DNA of 64,000 bases from Raillietiella orientalis (lineage: Eukaryota). Made by a program: the position numbers and the translations under genes. Below are positions 49,470-61,620 of the stretch, piece after piece. Under the pieces are notes generated by a model. That model saw only the letters and a program-made list of their open reading frames with translations. It did not search any database and was not told the origin of the DNA. Position 1 is the first letter of the stretch, and each line of letters opens with the position of its first letter. The stretch covers positions 1,860,001 to 1,924,000 of the forward strand of contig JAYWIR010000033.1 of NCBI GenBank assembly GCA_036172245.1, in the 5' to 3' direction.

Positions 49470-50030
49470 CGAAAAAGATTGGCGTCAGGAGCTGTCCCTC
49501 CCTGGACGTCGAAGATGCCCAGGTGAAGTGGAGTGTGCCCAGACGGTGAGAGGTGAAAAGGTGTTTGCTTGAGAAGTGTGCAGCGTGCACGTTGAGTGGA
49601 CCGCTGAATCCCACCCCACCGCTTGTCGCTCCTACGGCCGTTGGCTTCGAACCGTTGGCATGTGCGATATGAGCCGACCTTCCGCCCGCTGGGATAAAGC
49701 GGTTGGACAGTGAATGCACTCGAAGCCCATGAGCGGATGAGCGCACTCGCCGGCTCAGGCTGCGCCATTTCCTCGACCATTCATGGCTTCAAGTCCTCCG
49801 AGTTTTTTCCGGGAAATTTCCTTGACCATTTCGTGAAGAGCAGCGTACAGATCACCTGTACTTCTTCCGAGAGCCTTTTCAGTACTCCGTAAGGGGAATA
49901 CACAGTCGGACATTGCAGCTGCATGGAAACGGGAAACCATCCTTGCGATCAAACGACTGGTTGACCCCTCTCGACCGTGGCACCGATGTAAGTTAGCTGC
50001 AAGAGAACACGGACAACTCTACTGACCCCA
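49470..50030 (+). mobile_element. Possible decayed Sola-like DNA transposase remnant
   Basis: DWRQELSLP (49477, like DLQQVL.LP); LRHFLDHSWLQVLRVFSGKFP*PFR (~49760, like L.HFL....LRLFSDNC.GQN); HLYFFR...IHSR-IAAAWKRETI (like H.F..RGHS...DS.HS.IE...K...I). Weak and frameshifted. Confidence 0.33.
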
Positions 50031-51294
50031 TTTCAGTACATGTGGCCATGGCATCAAACGTTACATAATAGTAGTTGCAAGAGAATTCATGCTGCAAGAG
50101 TTCATTGGGTTTCAAAAGCTCAGTTCTTCTCGTGGCATCGACTGCTGCCACGCGCGAACGGACTATGTTTCGACCTCATCCTGAATCCTTGAGTTTCCAG
50201 GAAAACGCCTGAAAATTTTTTCTTAAAGATTGTTTAGAGGTTTTTTAAGTTTTTTTTTTTAGAGGAATAGAACGCAGTAGAACAGGGCTGGCTATCTTTA
50301 AGTACACCCTCGCCCCCATTTTTTTTTAAAAATCGGTCACAGCGCCCGAGGGTACGTGTAAGTCTTCACGTTGGAGAGGAGGGAGGGGGGCGACTCTGAA
50401 ACGTCGGTTTCCAGTATCACGGCTTCCATCAGTGCTGCACCTCAAGCCTGTAGGTCAACCAGCGCCGTGACCTCTCTTTCGAGCTGCACGACTATCCCTT
50501 CCCTTGTTTTTTTCAATACGTGCGCACTCAAATCGGGAAGTTTGAGTTGCCCACCCAGTGACGAGTGCGGAGGCCAAGTCCACGTGGTGAACCCTGCCAT
50601 GGATTCCTCTGATACCTTGCTGGGATGTTTTTTCCATGAAAAGAAAACCTCCTCTGCGATTTGCAAACTGCAAGATTTCTGAAAGCACCTTGATACTCGT
50701 CGATAGGAGGCCTCTAAGCGCACCACTGGTTGCATAGCACCCAGATGATTCATGGTGCACTGATGGGAATCCTAATTCTTTTGGAGGAACCGAAAAACAA
50801 TAATGTATATTTTACACCGCCATTTGATACAGTATTGTATGCGAGAAAGCTCATGGGTATAGATGATGAAGGAAGCCATCTTATCTCTGGACATAAATTG
50901 CTTCACCGACCGTGTGATACTTGAGCTTGACCTTTTAATCGAATGTTATGTTCATGGATGTGCCATTAAAACACGGACCACTACATGCAGTGAATACATT
51001 TCTGATACTTCTTTTTTGGTTCCATGATGCATAAACTTGGAATATTTGCAATCTTTGGGCTTGATGACGAGGTGGGAACAACTAACTTATCATGCTAATT
51101 AAATGAAGATGCTCCTTCTCCCAAGTACATAAATTTTTCAGCAGCTGACAACGAGTGCTCTTCGCATCCGGCGACTGCTGATTGCTCTCTTCTGGTCTTC
51201 CGCGCTGCGAGTTTCGAGATTCGAAGCTTGCAAGGAGCTCGCAAAGATCCCGACTCACACCAGTGCCGCACCCGGAACCTGCACGCGAGCCAGT

Positions 51295-51509
51295 GTCATC
51301 TTGCACGGTGGAGGGGGAGGGACTCGAACCCACCCATCTCGCTGGCCTCGGGTGGGATTCGAACCCGCAACGCTTGGTACCGACGCAGCCACATGGCCTC
51401 CAGCGCGGGCAACTCAATCTGCCGAATCGGTTATGGACACAACTGGTTCCTTCCGGAGCTGAGCTCTTCCCGAACCTGAAGGCCCCCCTTCTCAACACGA
51501 AAGAAGTGA
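51295..51509 (-). mobile_element. tRNA-derived SINE-like repeat, copy A (inverted)
   Basis: Reverse complement of 52638-52850 with few differences; carries an A-box-like and two B-box motifs on the minus strand. Confidence 0.75.
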
Positions 51510-52637
51510 ACATCCCGCATAAGGAACGCGTTAGGAAGAAAAGAAAAAAAAAAAAAACGTCCGTGTTTTGCTCGTCATCGAATCAGTCAGCATTCAATCA
51601 GCCCCGCAGCCTCCAGTCAACAAGAGGCTTTTTGCTGGCAGCAAAAGTCATGATGGGAATCTCAACAGTAATAATCTGGCGGTGCATTACCGAAAGATTC
51701 GGCTTATTAGCAGCACTCGGTTTCCCAAAGCGGCGCATCAGCAAAGAAGATGCTTCCACGTGTTTTTGCGGTCATCACGCGGTGTTTTCGAAAAAGCGGA
51801 GGAAAAATCTGGCGAGCGATGTGTGATCCCTTTTGCAAGTCCCCTTTTCCAGGATCCGAAACCTCGGTTCGAAATGGAATTCCTTTTTTTTTTTTCCACG
51901 CCGAAAACATGAGCTGAAAGTTGATACCAAGGATTCAAAACCTCCCAGAATTCCAACGACAATCCTGGCATGCACAGAATGCCTTGTATCCAAGATGTAT
52001 CGGATTTTCAAACCGGGAACAGAACTGCCTGTACGGTACACTCCGCAAAACAGGGAGGATACGTTCCGCGCTATACGAGCCCTATGAGTTACGTATAGGT
52101 TATAAGTACATGAAAGATATGAAGTGGACTTAAAGAGTACAACAGCAATTATTATTATTTTTAAGAAGAAAATTCAAAAGGCACATGAAGGCATTTTCAT
52201 TTAACTTGAAGTGAAAAAAAAGATTCCGAAGTTTCGACGGAAACAATTCGGTGGTTCCGGCTCCACCATCCTCGCTGGAACACGCATCTTCTCGCGCTGT
52301 GCCATTCACGAAAACGGGAACCAAATAGAATCCGAGATCACGTGGTCCAATTTTCGTGAAAGACCGCTGAGCTGACAGCACACCACAAAATCAAAGCTTC
52401 TCCACCACGAGACCGAGGGCTGCAGCATTTTTTCGCAGTATTTTGCGAACCTTTTGCTCAACTATTCCCTCCTTTCGGATGTCTTATTCTCTACTTCTTG
52501 CGCTCCTGTCGATTCTGATCATTTCGTCATTTACGGATTGCCAGTGTGCCGCTGCCTGCACTTCGAGCACCGCTGTTCGCTGCAACCTGCCTTGGGTCTT
52601 TACCAAAAGTGGTCAATGCATCGGAAACACGGAACGC

Positions 52638-52850
52638 TCACTTCTTTCGTGTTGAGAAGGGACCTTCAGGTTCGGCAAGAGCTCAGCTCTGGAAGGAACC
52701 AGTTGTGTCCACAACCGATTCGGCAGATTGAGTTGCCCTCGTTGGAGGCCATGTGGCTGCGTCGGTACCAAGCGTTGCGGGTTCGAATCCCACCCGAGGC
52801 CAGCGAGATGGGTGGGTTCGAGTCCCTCCCCCTCCACCGTGCAAGATGAC
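52638..52850 (+). mobile_element. tRNA-derived SINE-like repeat, copy B
   Basis: A-box-like TGGCTGCGTCGG (52754), B-box GGTTCGAATCC (52780), second B-box GGTTCGAGTCC (52815); acceptor-like ends GGCCATG...CGAGGCCA; no anticodon arm. Confidence 0.75.
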
Positions 52851-52929
52851 GCAGGTTGGCTCACGAGCTTCGCGTGTAGCACTGGTCGAAGCCAGAAACC
52901 GGATGCTTCCGTTGACTGGCCGGGATTGG

Positions 52930-53310
52930 AAGTGAACCCTCCGGGGTCCTTCTAGGACATCAAGAAGCCCTTCGGGGTTTTCCTTCGGTTGCGAAAATGA
53001 AGCCGTACCATGCAGCTGGTTGATACGCACGTCGGGGCTCGCCTCTCCAGAGTGTCAAGTGTGCTCCTCCCTTAGGGGCGAGAGCCCTTGAGAGAAACTT
53101 TGGAAGCGTCCCTTCGGGGGTTTCTTCAGAGGAATAACAAGGAGCGGTTCCCTTGCGGGTTCCCTCCAGAGAAGAAGTAATGGAGCAGCTCTCTCCGAGG
53201 GATCCCTCCGGAGGGAGCAAGGAAGAGGGTCGTAACCAAGGTGGAGCGTTCCCCTTCTGGGTTCCCTCCCAAGCGTAAGAGAGGAATGGACTCCTTCTTC
53301 CGGAGTATTC
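52930..53310. repeat. Degenerate minisatellite of short CCC-NNNN-GGG hairpin units
   Basis: Recurrent core GGAGCG-TCCCTTCGGGG-TTCCCTCC: AACCCTCCGGGGT (~52935), AGCCCTTCGGGGTT (~52966), TCCCTTAGGGG (~53068), TCCCTTCGGGGG (~53109), TCCCTTGCGGGTTCCC (~53149), TCCCTCCGGAGGGA (~53203), CCCCTTCTGGGTTCCC (~53251). Confidence 0.6.
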
Positions 53311-56300
53311 CTGAATTCATAGGGTGATCCTGTCCCTGGGTAGCCCCTATAAATCGAAGAGTTACTACACTCGATGTCTCTTGGGTGGAGTGGACGGTGT
53401 CAAAGGGTTTCCTCAGCTGCCAGGGTAATGTTCTCGAGTACTTGGCGAACCGGAAAAAAAAAAAGGAACAAAAAGCCGAAAGGAAAACAGTTAAAGCAGA
53501 AAAGAACCCTAAAGGATTTGCAGACTGGGTTCGGGAATGGACCATTAATCCCTTGGATGCGGAGCTCATCAGATTTAAACGTTCCGCGTTACGACACGCG
53601 AGTGGCAGCTGCGACCTCCGTGGACCGAACGCTCTTTCGCGTGCCGCGTGCTCCATCGAAGTACCACCGATTGGCTGCATAAAGTGCTGATCAAAGCGAC
53701 CGTCATAATTGAGTGTTTCCACCACGGTAAACGAAATATTTCCCAAACATGTGTTATTTATTTATAACAATTATAATTCCAATGACATCAATGATTCATG
53801 ACATCACAAAGATAAAATAAAGAGTATAATGAATTCCGAGAAAATCCGTGAACAGCCAGCCGATACATAAACAGAATTCTGCTTACGGTCGTTGCCAAGG
53901 GAACGCTAAGAACGCAAGTGCATGTGGTTATCTCAAATCATGGATGATGCTAACTTACGTCGCGAATATAAGGTGAAGGCATTTTGCCGGGAGCATATGT
54001 GAGTCCACGGTCCAGGCCGATGATTTTCTCCGAACCCATAGGTACGTCCAAAGGGAGTCAAAGGGTTAAAAGAGGACTCGGGGCGCGGCCCTCAGGCTGC
54101 CGTTTCGAGTTCTTTCCGCGGGCTCACGCAGCAGCTGCAGTGATTGCAATGGGGAGTTTCGTCCAGCGTTCTGGACAGCGCCTCCACCCGGGAATGCGTC
54201 CCCTTCCACCACGATTCCCGAATCGTAGCCGCCACCTGTTTCCCAGTTCTCTTTTTCCCTGCCCGCAGAGAACCGGCGGTTTCCCCTCCTCCAGACAAAG
54301 TCCGTGAGGCCGGCGACTCTCAGGGCTCGCCGGCCCACCCGAGGAACAGCGCGAGGCCCGAATCCCTCCTAGGACTGCATCCTCCCTGCTCTGTCCTGGA
54401 CCTCTCTTTCCGAGGCGCGCCCCTTCGACGCTTCGCCCGTGCTGCAGAATGGAACCCCCGCTCCTGAGGCTGAAACGGCGGGAGGAAGGTCTCATCTCGT
54501 ACCTGTGCTGCTGCTCTCGGGCGTGGAGGGAAGGAAGAAGAAGAAGAAAAAAAAAAAAACGTCTCTCTTTTCCTTTTCTCTCTTTCTTGTTTCGTTTTTT
54601 TTTTGTGTGTGTTTTTCTCCCACCTTGCACGAGTGGAGATTTACAAACGAAACGCGTTCTCTGACGAGGCGTGCATTTTTTGATGTTACCGCGGGAGCAG
54701 CAGTAAGGAAGAGATGAATTTCTATCGAGCCGCGAAAAACCTTTCCGAATTTTCAGAGCGGTGCTTTCACCTCCTCGCCATCTCTCCAGCGTGACTATTC
54801 ATTCATCATCAGCTTTCGAATGTGAAAACCTGAAGAGAGGTTGATTTTAAGAGGTGAGAAACGGCGGAGGACCGCATTGCCACTTGGGAAGGAACTAATA
54901 GCGCATCGGTGAGCAAGATGAGAGGCAAAAGAGATAACTGATGTGAGGCGAAGTACAAACGAAGGCACTCATGGTTTCTTGTGATCCCCCCCCCCCCTCC
55001 ATTTTCCCTCCTGGAGTCCCCAAATCGGATCGCGTCTCTGTGGAATGGAATCCCGGAACAAGGCACGAGAGGAGTCTTCGCTTTGGAGTTCCCGAGTTCC
55101 CCGCCACAGGAGGAGGAACGGAGAAAGATTCCAAGGGGAGGAGCAGCATCGCTTTTGAACTTCCACGGTACGGAAGGTTTCGACTCAATCCTTTGTTTTC
55201 CGGAACGTCCTGTTTCGCGCCTGCCTGGAATTCGCTGTTCCCGAAACTGATGATCCGGCTAAGAGTTCCGTCTTTTGCAGCCTCCATCTTTCCATCGGCG
55301 TTTTCCCAATGAAAAAAAAAAAAAAAAAAAAAAAAAACGCGCGCACGCTCTGACATTTGCGCGCATTTGAGCTCCCACCGCTGACGGATGTTTTGCAACC
55401 TCCGAAGCCTCCTCCCCCCCCCCCCAGACCTAATGGGATCATCTCGGATTATTTTTACCATCCTATTGTGATGTTCAGATTTTCTCCCACTTGAAAGCTC
55501 GCTCTTGGAGACGAGTCACTCCCGCTCGGAGGAACACGAGTGTGTTCCGCCAGGGCGTTGCTCATTTGCATATTCCGTGCTGTTCCTCTTGGCTTTGCTG
55601 GTTTTCCTTGCTCATTCCTCTCCTGCTAATGGCACGTTCATCTGTCGTCATCACCTTGGAAACTTTTGCCCGAGGTGCACGTGCCTCATCTTCGAAAGGG
55701 GAGGCACATTCGCCTGATGAATCGGAAGAGTGGAAGGTACTCTGAGAGCTCCATTCCTCCTCTTTCAGAGTTCAGTTGCTGCCTCTACGCAGAACGTCGT
55801 ACCAGGGAAAAAAAAAAAAAAAAAAAGGGAAAAAGGAGAAGAAGAGGACCGAGTTGTGCGAAAACGTGAATTCCCTCCCCCCTCGGATTCAGTCTTTCGG
55901 CGATGAAGCACGCGGATGGTCTTGGATGCGGACCCCCGCGCTTTTCATGGGGTCTCCCCGTACCCGGCACTCGGAAACCGAACTTCAAAAGGACCTCTCG
56001 GCTCGGCTCACTTTTCATGAGTGGACGCGAACCGAGGTCCATCAGGCTGGCTTTCCAACAGTGGATCCGTCGGCATGAGTAACCGCGAGCGACGCACGTG
56101 GGGTCCAAACGCCTCCGGGCCCACCAAGCGGCCCAGTGACTCGACCCAACTGTGACAGTTACTCGACGGGATCGGTTCGGTTCCGTGGAAACGCACCCCG
56201 TGAGCCTGCGGTGACCCGAGAGACCAGCGGTGGCGAGCTCGTCCCAACACGGAAATGTCTCAGCACCTCGAGGAGTGGACACCATCATTCCGAAAGGGAC

Positions 56301-56686
56301 GCTGGTGGTACGTGGACGGGGTCCTACGGGGCTGTTGGAAAAAAAAAAAAAAGATGTTCGGCTTACCGAAACGGCATCGGTGCGACCTGAACAGAGGACT
56401 GACCTTTTCCTGTCTTTTGAAATTCCAGCAAAATTGATTTAGGGCCTTTAAGAGCCCTAAATTAACAAATAGATGCGGGCGCGAGTTCTAAGAAATAATG
56501 ATCAGCGCTTCGCGGAGAGTACAAAAAAAGGAAAAAAAAAAAAAAAAAGGATTTTGGCGAAAGCAGAAAATCGGAAGTGCTGACCGCGCCGAGGAGCACG
56601 AAAAGCGACAGAAATCTCTTTTTATTTTTATTCATTTGTTTTTTTTTGTTTTTTTTATCTAGAAAGCAGGGAGCTCTGCTGTTCGA

Positions 56687-56716
56687 ATTATTATTATTAT
56701 TATTATTATTATTATT
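56687..56716. repeat. (ATT)n microsatellite
   Basis: Directly visible; a complementary (AAT)n run lies at ~56761-56773. Confidence 0.9.
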
Positions 56717-57672
56717 TTTTCTCTGCTCGAACAAATGGAAGCAGTTTATCTCTAATAAAAAATAATAATAATAAACCCTTCAACATACCCCCGCATTATA
56801 CGGAGCAAAAGTGAGTTTCTGAATGCTATTCCTTGCGATTCAACTCTGAACTAAATGATCTGTGACCACCCTCATAGAAAGAAATAAAAATGGGTCTGTC
56901 CCAGCAGGATGCAGATGGTACATCGGAAAGGTAGCCGGGAAACAGATTTACGCGTATGCTGCCACCTGCACCGTGCACAAATCACATCCTCGATCTCTCT
57001 TTGCGAGCGGAATATTCGTCCCATTTGTTGGATTCCCTGTTGAGGAGGCCGAGGAAGAAGCGAAGGAGAAGAAGGGGGAAAAAAAATAGGAAATCGGCGG
57101 CCGTTCACGGGATGCGCGAGAAGAGACGAGGAGCTCTAATCGCAGATGAGTGGAAGATGAAGAAGATATTTGCAATCGCTCCGATCTGCTGCTGAGGAAA
57201 ACCGCCGAGCGTCCGACTTGGCGCTCGGAGCGGAGCCATGGAACTCGGAGGGAGTAATCAGCAGATTCCAAGAAGGTTCCGGCAGCCCCCTCAAAAATCT
57301 TCGGGACGAGCGGGAATCGCGGCTCGGATTTTCTCCCCCCCCCTTTTTTTTTTCTGCACTCGAAATCGGCGGAGACGGTCCTCCGAGAAATCTAGGCCGA
57401 TTCCGTCGGCCGAGAGGAAAACGGTGGAGTCATCATCATCGGTCGGAGAAATCGCCGCTTTTTCCGGAAGAGGGAAAGCAGCGCAAATATGGGAGGGGGG
57501 GCAGGGGAGTTGGTTGTTGCTCCCAGCGCCCCCGGTCACTGTGCCCTTCAGCGTTGAATTGTGGCTGCACAAGGCAAGCACTTTTTCCACCAAACGATTG
57601 GCCGGTCAACTGATTATCCACGTTCTCTCGTGCATCTTGCGATTTTGCCCCGACGCGCTGGACCGCGACATG

Positions 57673-58227
57673 GCGCCACTTCCTGTGTGCTCCGGGGGAT
57701 CACCTGCGCTCCCCTGGCTGCCGGTCAACACACGCTGCTGCTCGGTTCAGTCTGCAGCATACGGGAGAGGCGCTCGCAGGGAGCATTGCCGATCGGATGC
57801 GCAGTGATGTGCGTCCCGGAGCACTGCGCGCGGAGACGCCAAACTCGGTTGCCAGGAGAACGCGAACCATCTGGTCAATTTCAGCGGCCATGCGGTGCGC
57901 AAGCAGAGCGGAAGCCGGTGGCACAGCCTTCGAGCCCGACCAATCCCGGGAGACCCACTTCAAACTCCGCCCTGGCTCTCCGGCGCGGGAGCCGAGCACT
58001 CGCTCTCGGCGTCGCCGCCTGCCCTCCCCCACGTGAGAGGTCGGCGACGCCGTCGCAGGGGACGAAGCCAAGAACGCGCTCCTCTTCGCCGGCAGATTGG
58101 ACCCGAACGACGGGACTGCCAGGCAAGAGGTGCACTCGAAGAAGGGGTGTGCGGCAATATCCTCCGTGGGCGGGGCCTTTACTGGGGGGCGCGCCTCGGG
58201 TCACGGACCGCCATGAACGGCTGGCGG
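57673..58227 (+). repeat. 555-bp GC-rich dispersed repeat, copy 2
   Basis: Near-identical to 44442-44996. Confidence 0.95.
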
Positions 58228-58979
58228 CGCGCTTCCGACGGGACGACCACAGAGGGGAAATCGTGGGGAAGCGCCTAGCGCATCCCAAATCACGTTCTGA
58301 AACTCGCATTGGCATCACAGCAGCTGCGCACAGCTTCCAGCAGCTGCGAAATCCTCCGAAGGAATTCCTTCGCCTTGACTGATGCATCCTTCTGTCACGG
58401 TAGAGATCGATCAAGTCGCTTCGAAAGGACGTCAAAACATCAGTTCTTCTCTCCGCATTTTTATTACTTAGGTATTACTTACCCTTCTTATTTACGTTTT
58501 AATTCTGAAAAAATGCACATTTTCCAGCAAAACGAAAGATGGATGAGAGCATCTGAAAGATCTCTTTTTTTTTCCAGAGACTGTGTTCTCTTATCAGCTA
58601 TGAAAACTGACCCTCCAGCAAAAAACAGCGAGAAAGGAAAACGTCCTCTGATGTAGGATGAAGTCTCGCGCCTTCCTGTGGCTCCGTGTACCAAGTTCGT
58701 GTCGAACCACAGTTCTTGCAGTCTGCTCTGCAGACGAGCATCTCCTGGATGGCAAAAAAAAAAAAAAAAAACGAATAAAAAAAATGGAGTTTCCTTGACA
58801 ACCTGCCGAATGCAGGTTTCGACCCTCACGCTTGCCCTCCGACGGCCTCCTTGCCTAATCGCCCTTTGAGCCCTCCACATCGAAGCGAACCTCTCGAAGC
58901 TGCGAGATGAAATTCCGTGTTGCACACATTGGGTGTCGATTCACGGAATCATCTCGATTGAGCAACAGAAAGCCCGAAG

Positions 58980-59520
58980 TGATTTTAAGACACTGATCGT
59001 TGGCGATAGCAGTTTCCAAGGACATCACCCCGGGTCACCTCGTGGCGCGGACTTTAGGGAGCAAGCGATCCTGAAATTCCTCGGGGGGAGGCACTTCAGG
59101 CCTGGATTTTCCGACATGCTGATGGCGCCTCGTGGATTGCCTCGTAGGATCCGGAAACATCTCGAAGCTGCTTTCCTGACACTCTGTGGTATTCCGAAGT
59201 CCGGTCATGTTCCAGGAGGTCAACTTTGATTCCCGGTTCGCTCCGCGTCCCGTGCAAAAAGCTCCTGCCGCGTGACTTGGGAGCCTCCTGTGGGCGGTTT
59301 GAGCTTTTCCGCTGCTTTCTTCCCAAGCATTCAGCTCGAGATCCCTCGTTGCTTGGAGATGCATCAGCTCGAGAAACAACCAGAAGAACGAATTGACAAA
59401 AGATGAAAGCTGCAGTGGCTGATCCTAAGCAGTCCCTTCCCCTGAGACAGCTGATATACCGAGATGCTGTAATGACAAGCTCAGTTATCAGCGCATTCCA
59501 AGAAACAGTCAAGATGAATA
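58980..59520 (+). mobile_element. Decayed non-LTR retrotransposon (LINE) ORF2 AP-endonuclease remnant
   Basis: TLIVGDSSFQGHHPGSPRGADFREQAILKFL (~58990, like IIVGDFN.HHP.WGS...D.RG..L..FL), then TN*QKMKAAV...AVMTSSVISAFQETV (~59388, like TNW..F...L...LT..I..AF..S.P). Confidence 0.45.
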
Positions 59521-61049
59521 GGTGGGCGTTTGTGCAGTGCTAAAGGGGGTGATTATAGTCTTTGTGAAATAACATCGTTTCGATGCTTTCTTCCGCACCA
59601 GAAGACGGGTTGTTGTCTTGAAAAGCCGACACAGTGCTAAACCTGGGCGTCTCCAGGACCTTCTAAGCACGGTCACTTGGTCTGATACAATTCTGCAAAC
59701 AAACCATTCTTTGAAAAGTTTTCTGTAGCAATACGAAAATTATGTACGTGCGAATACATCCATTTGAATTTAATTCCCCCCCCCCCCCTACGTGTACTTT
59801 CATGGAGAAATTCAATCTCCAGGATTGAGTATCTGCAAACGTGTGCTTTCTGAATCGGAGTGTGCGTTATAGGGAAGCGAAGGACATTCTTCCAATTCTT
59901 TTCTTCGAACCTGAATCAATGTACCGTCACTTTTCTGCGCCATCAAGTTTTTATGAGACCTTCCAGCACAGTGCCCCCTCCTCACTCCCATGTCGGCGTG
60001 ATGCTCAGCTGCTGCGTTCACGTGGAGCAGCCATCGCAATTTGATCTTCCCGTACAGTAATGGTATTTTGTTCGGCCTGCGCTTTCGTCATTTTCATCAC
60101 GAATAGGCACGAGGGGGCCTTGTGATTCTGTGTGCTCTCTCGTCGTTTTCCTATCTTTTTTTTTTTTTTTTTTCTTTTTTTTTTTTGTTGCTGTTCTTCT
60201 GATGCACTCTCTTCCAGCTGCCCTCCTCCCAAATGCTCGAAACTGGATCCTTGAGGGTTCGAAAAGTGGCGAAAGCCTCCCCCCTCCACCATGCATAGCA
60301 GCCTCGCACTGGTTTTTGAGACCCACTTGCAAACAACCACTATACCGTCCTTTCCACCACTGCACTGCCTATGCCTTTGTGGTTCTTCCTTGTTTGGTCT
60401 AACCCAACGCCAGTGGTTTCGTTCTCCTCTAGTCGCAGATGAAAGGCATTCGGCTTTTTTTTCGGTGATGTCGACGGTCCCAAAGGAAGCCTCGTGTAGT
60501 TTTGCACCGCCCCCGAAATGAATTAAATAAAGAACTAAATAAATTGGCAAGAAATCCATCGTGCGCACGCCAGTTGGGGAACGCTCACGCTGCTTGCTGT
60601 GTGTTCACTTTTCAGGTCGACTCTCCCTTTCGTTAGACCGAAAGTCTCCCGAGGTCGCCTCCCGGATTTTGATGACCACACATGTCGAAGTTTCACTTTC
60701 CGGTTCACCTTTTTGTCATTCATGAGCAGAGATAATGGAAGAGAATCGATTCTTTTGAGCTTTCTGGATGGCCGCCTCTGTTCCCGTTCCATGGATCACC
60801 GACGTTCCCTTGTCCAAAGAAGGGGAACTTTTTCCCAGGCCAACGCACCAACTCACACAGCGGCAACGAAAACTCTCTTGCAACATCTCAGAATGCATCT
60901 CTTAACGACAACGAAGTAGTAATCTGCATCTTCTCTTTTTTTTCTTTTGGTCTCTCCACCGCCGGGTTCCAAAAGTTTCAAAGCGGATAGGGAAAATTTC
61001 CCCTTTCAGAGGCAGTCCAAAACTCCACAGTCTGTGTGCATGAAGGAAG

Positions 61050-61620
61050 TGTGGAACAATTCCTTGAGTCGTTTTGAAAGAGGTCTGCAAAATCAATGAA
61101 GAACAGGCGTGGCAGCTGAACTGAAGTCCACTAGCAAATGATTGGAAAATAACGATGGAATCCTCTCGCAATTCGTGTGGAGCAGTTTCCTGCATCCAAG
61201 GGGAGCTGTAAGGATGTGGCACGAAGGAAGCTGGGCGGAAAGGCAGGGCCGAATACCAAAGCCAGGTTAGTACGAGCAGGCGGTGAAGCAAGAAAGAAGT
61301 CCCCGAAAGGATGACTCGTGAGGAATTCCGCAGTGGGCAGTGCCCATCACTGATGGAGTTTCCGCAGCCACGTGCTGATGCTTCGTATGAGCACACCCAC
61401 CGTCCTGGAGGCACCGGGCCTTCGGCACGTGCAGAAAGACATGGCTGTCGGAGTGGTGAACGGTAACCGCTTTGGTTTTGGGGTGGGCGGCTGAATGGGG
61501 GAAGGGTTCGTCGTTCCTGAGACATTCGCCGTTCGTACCCGCACGCAGTTGCGTCAGCAAATACGAATACCCTCAACCGCTGGCCGCAAAGTACATACAA
61601 CATGACCGTCTTCTGAGAAG
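61050..61620 (+). mobile_element. Second decayed PIF/Harbinger transposase remnant
   Basis: VVLKEVCKI...SPLANDWKITMESSRNSCGAVSCIQGEL*G (~61068-61213, like IVKEVC.AI...P....W..IA..F....FP.C.GA.DG); ADASYE (~61374, like VDA.Y.F); VPETFAV and TYN (like GD.AFPL, YN.RLS). Confidence 0.4.

Noticed and set aside
52930..53310. CRISPR array
   Set aside because: Repeats are not near-identical, spacing is irregular, there are no cas genes and the context is eukaryotic.
44442..58227. Full-length LTR retrotransposon with the 555-bp repeats as LTRs
   Set aside because: No TG..CA termini, PBS/PPT or TSD seen; the interior holds ancient unrelated DNA-transposon debris and no gag/pol, which is incompatible with near-identical LTRs.
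54525..60190. Many poly-A/poly-T runs read as retroposon tails or poly-Lys/Phe ORFs
   Set aside because: They occur throughout the window without shared upstream bodies or TSDs; treated as background mononucleotide microsatellites.
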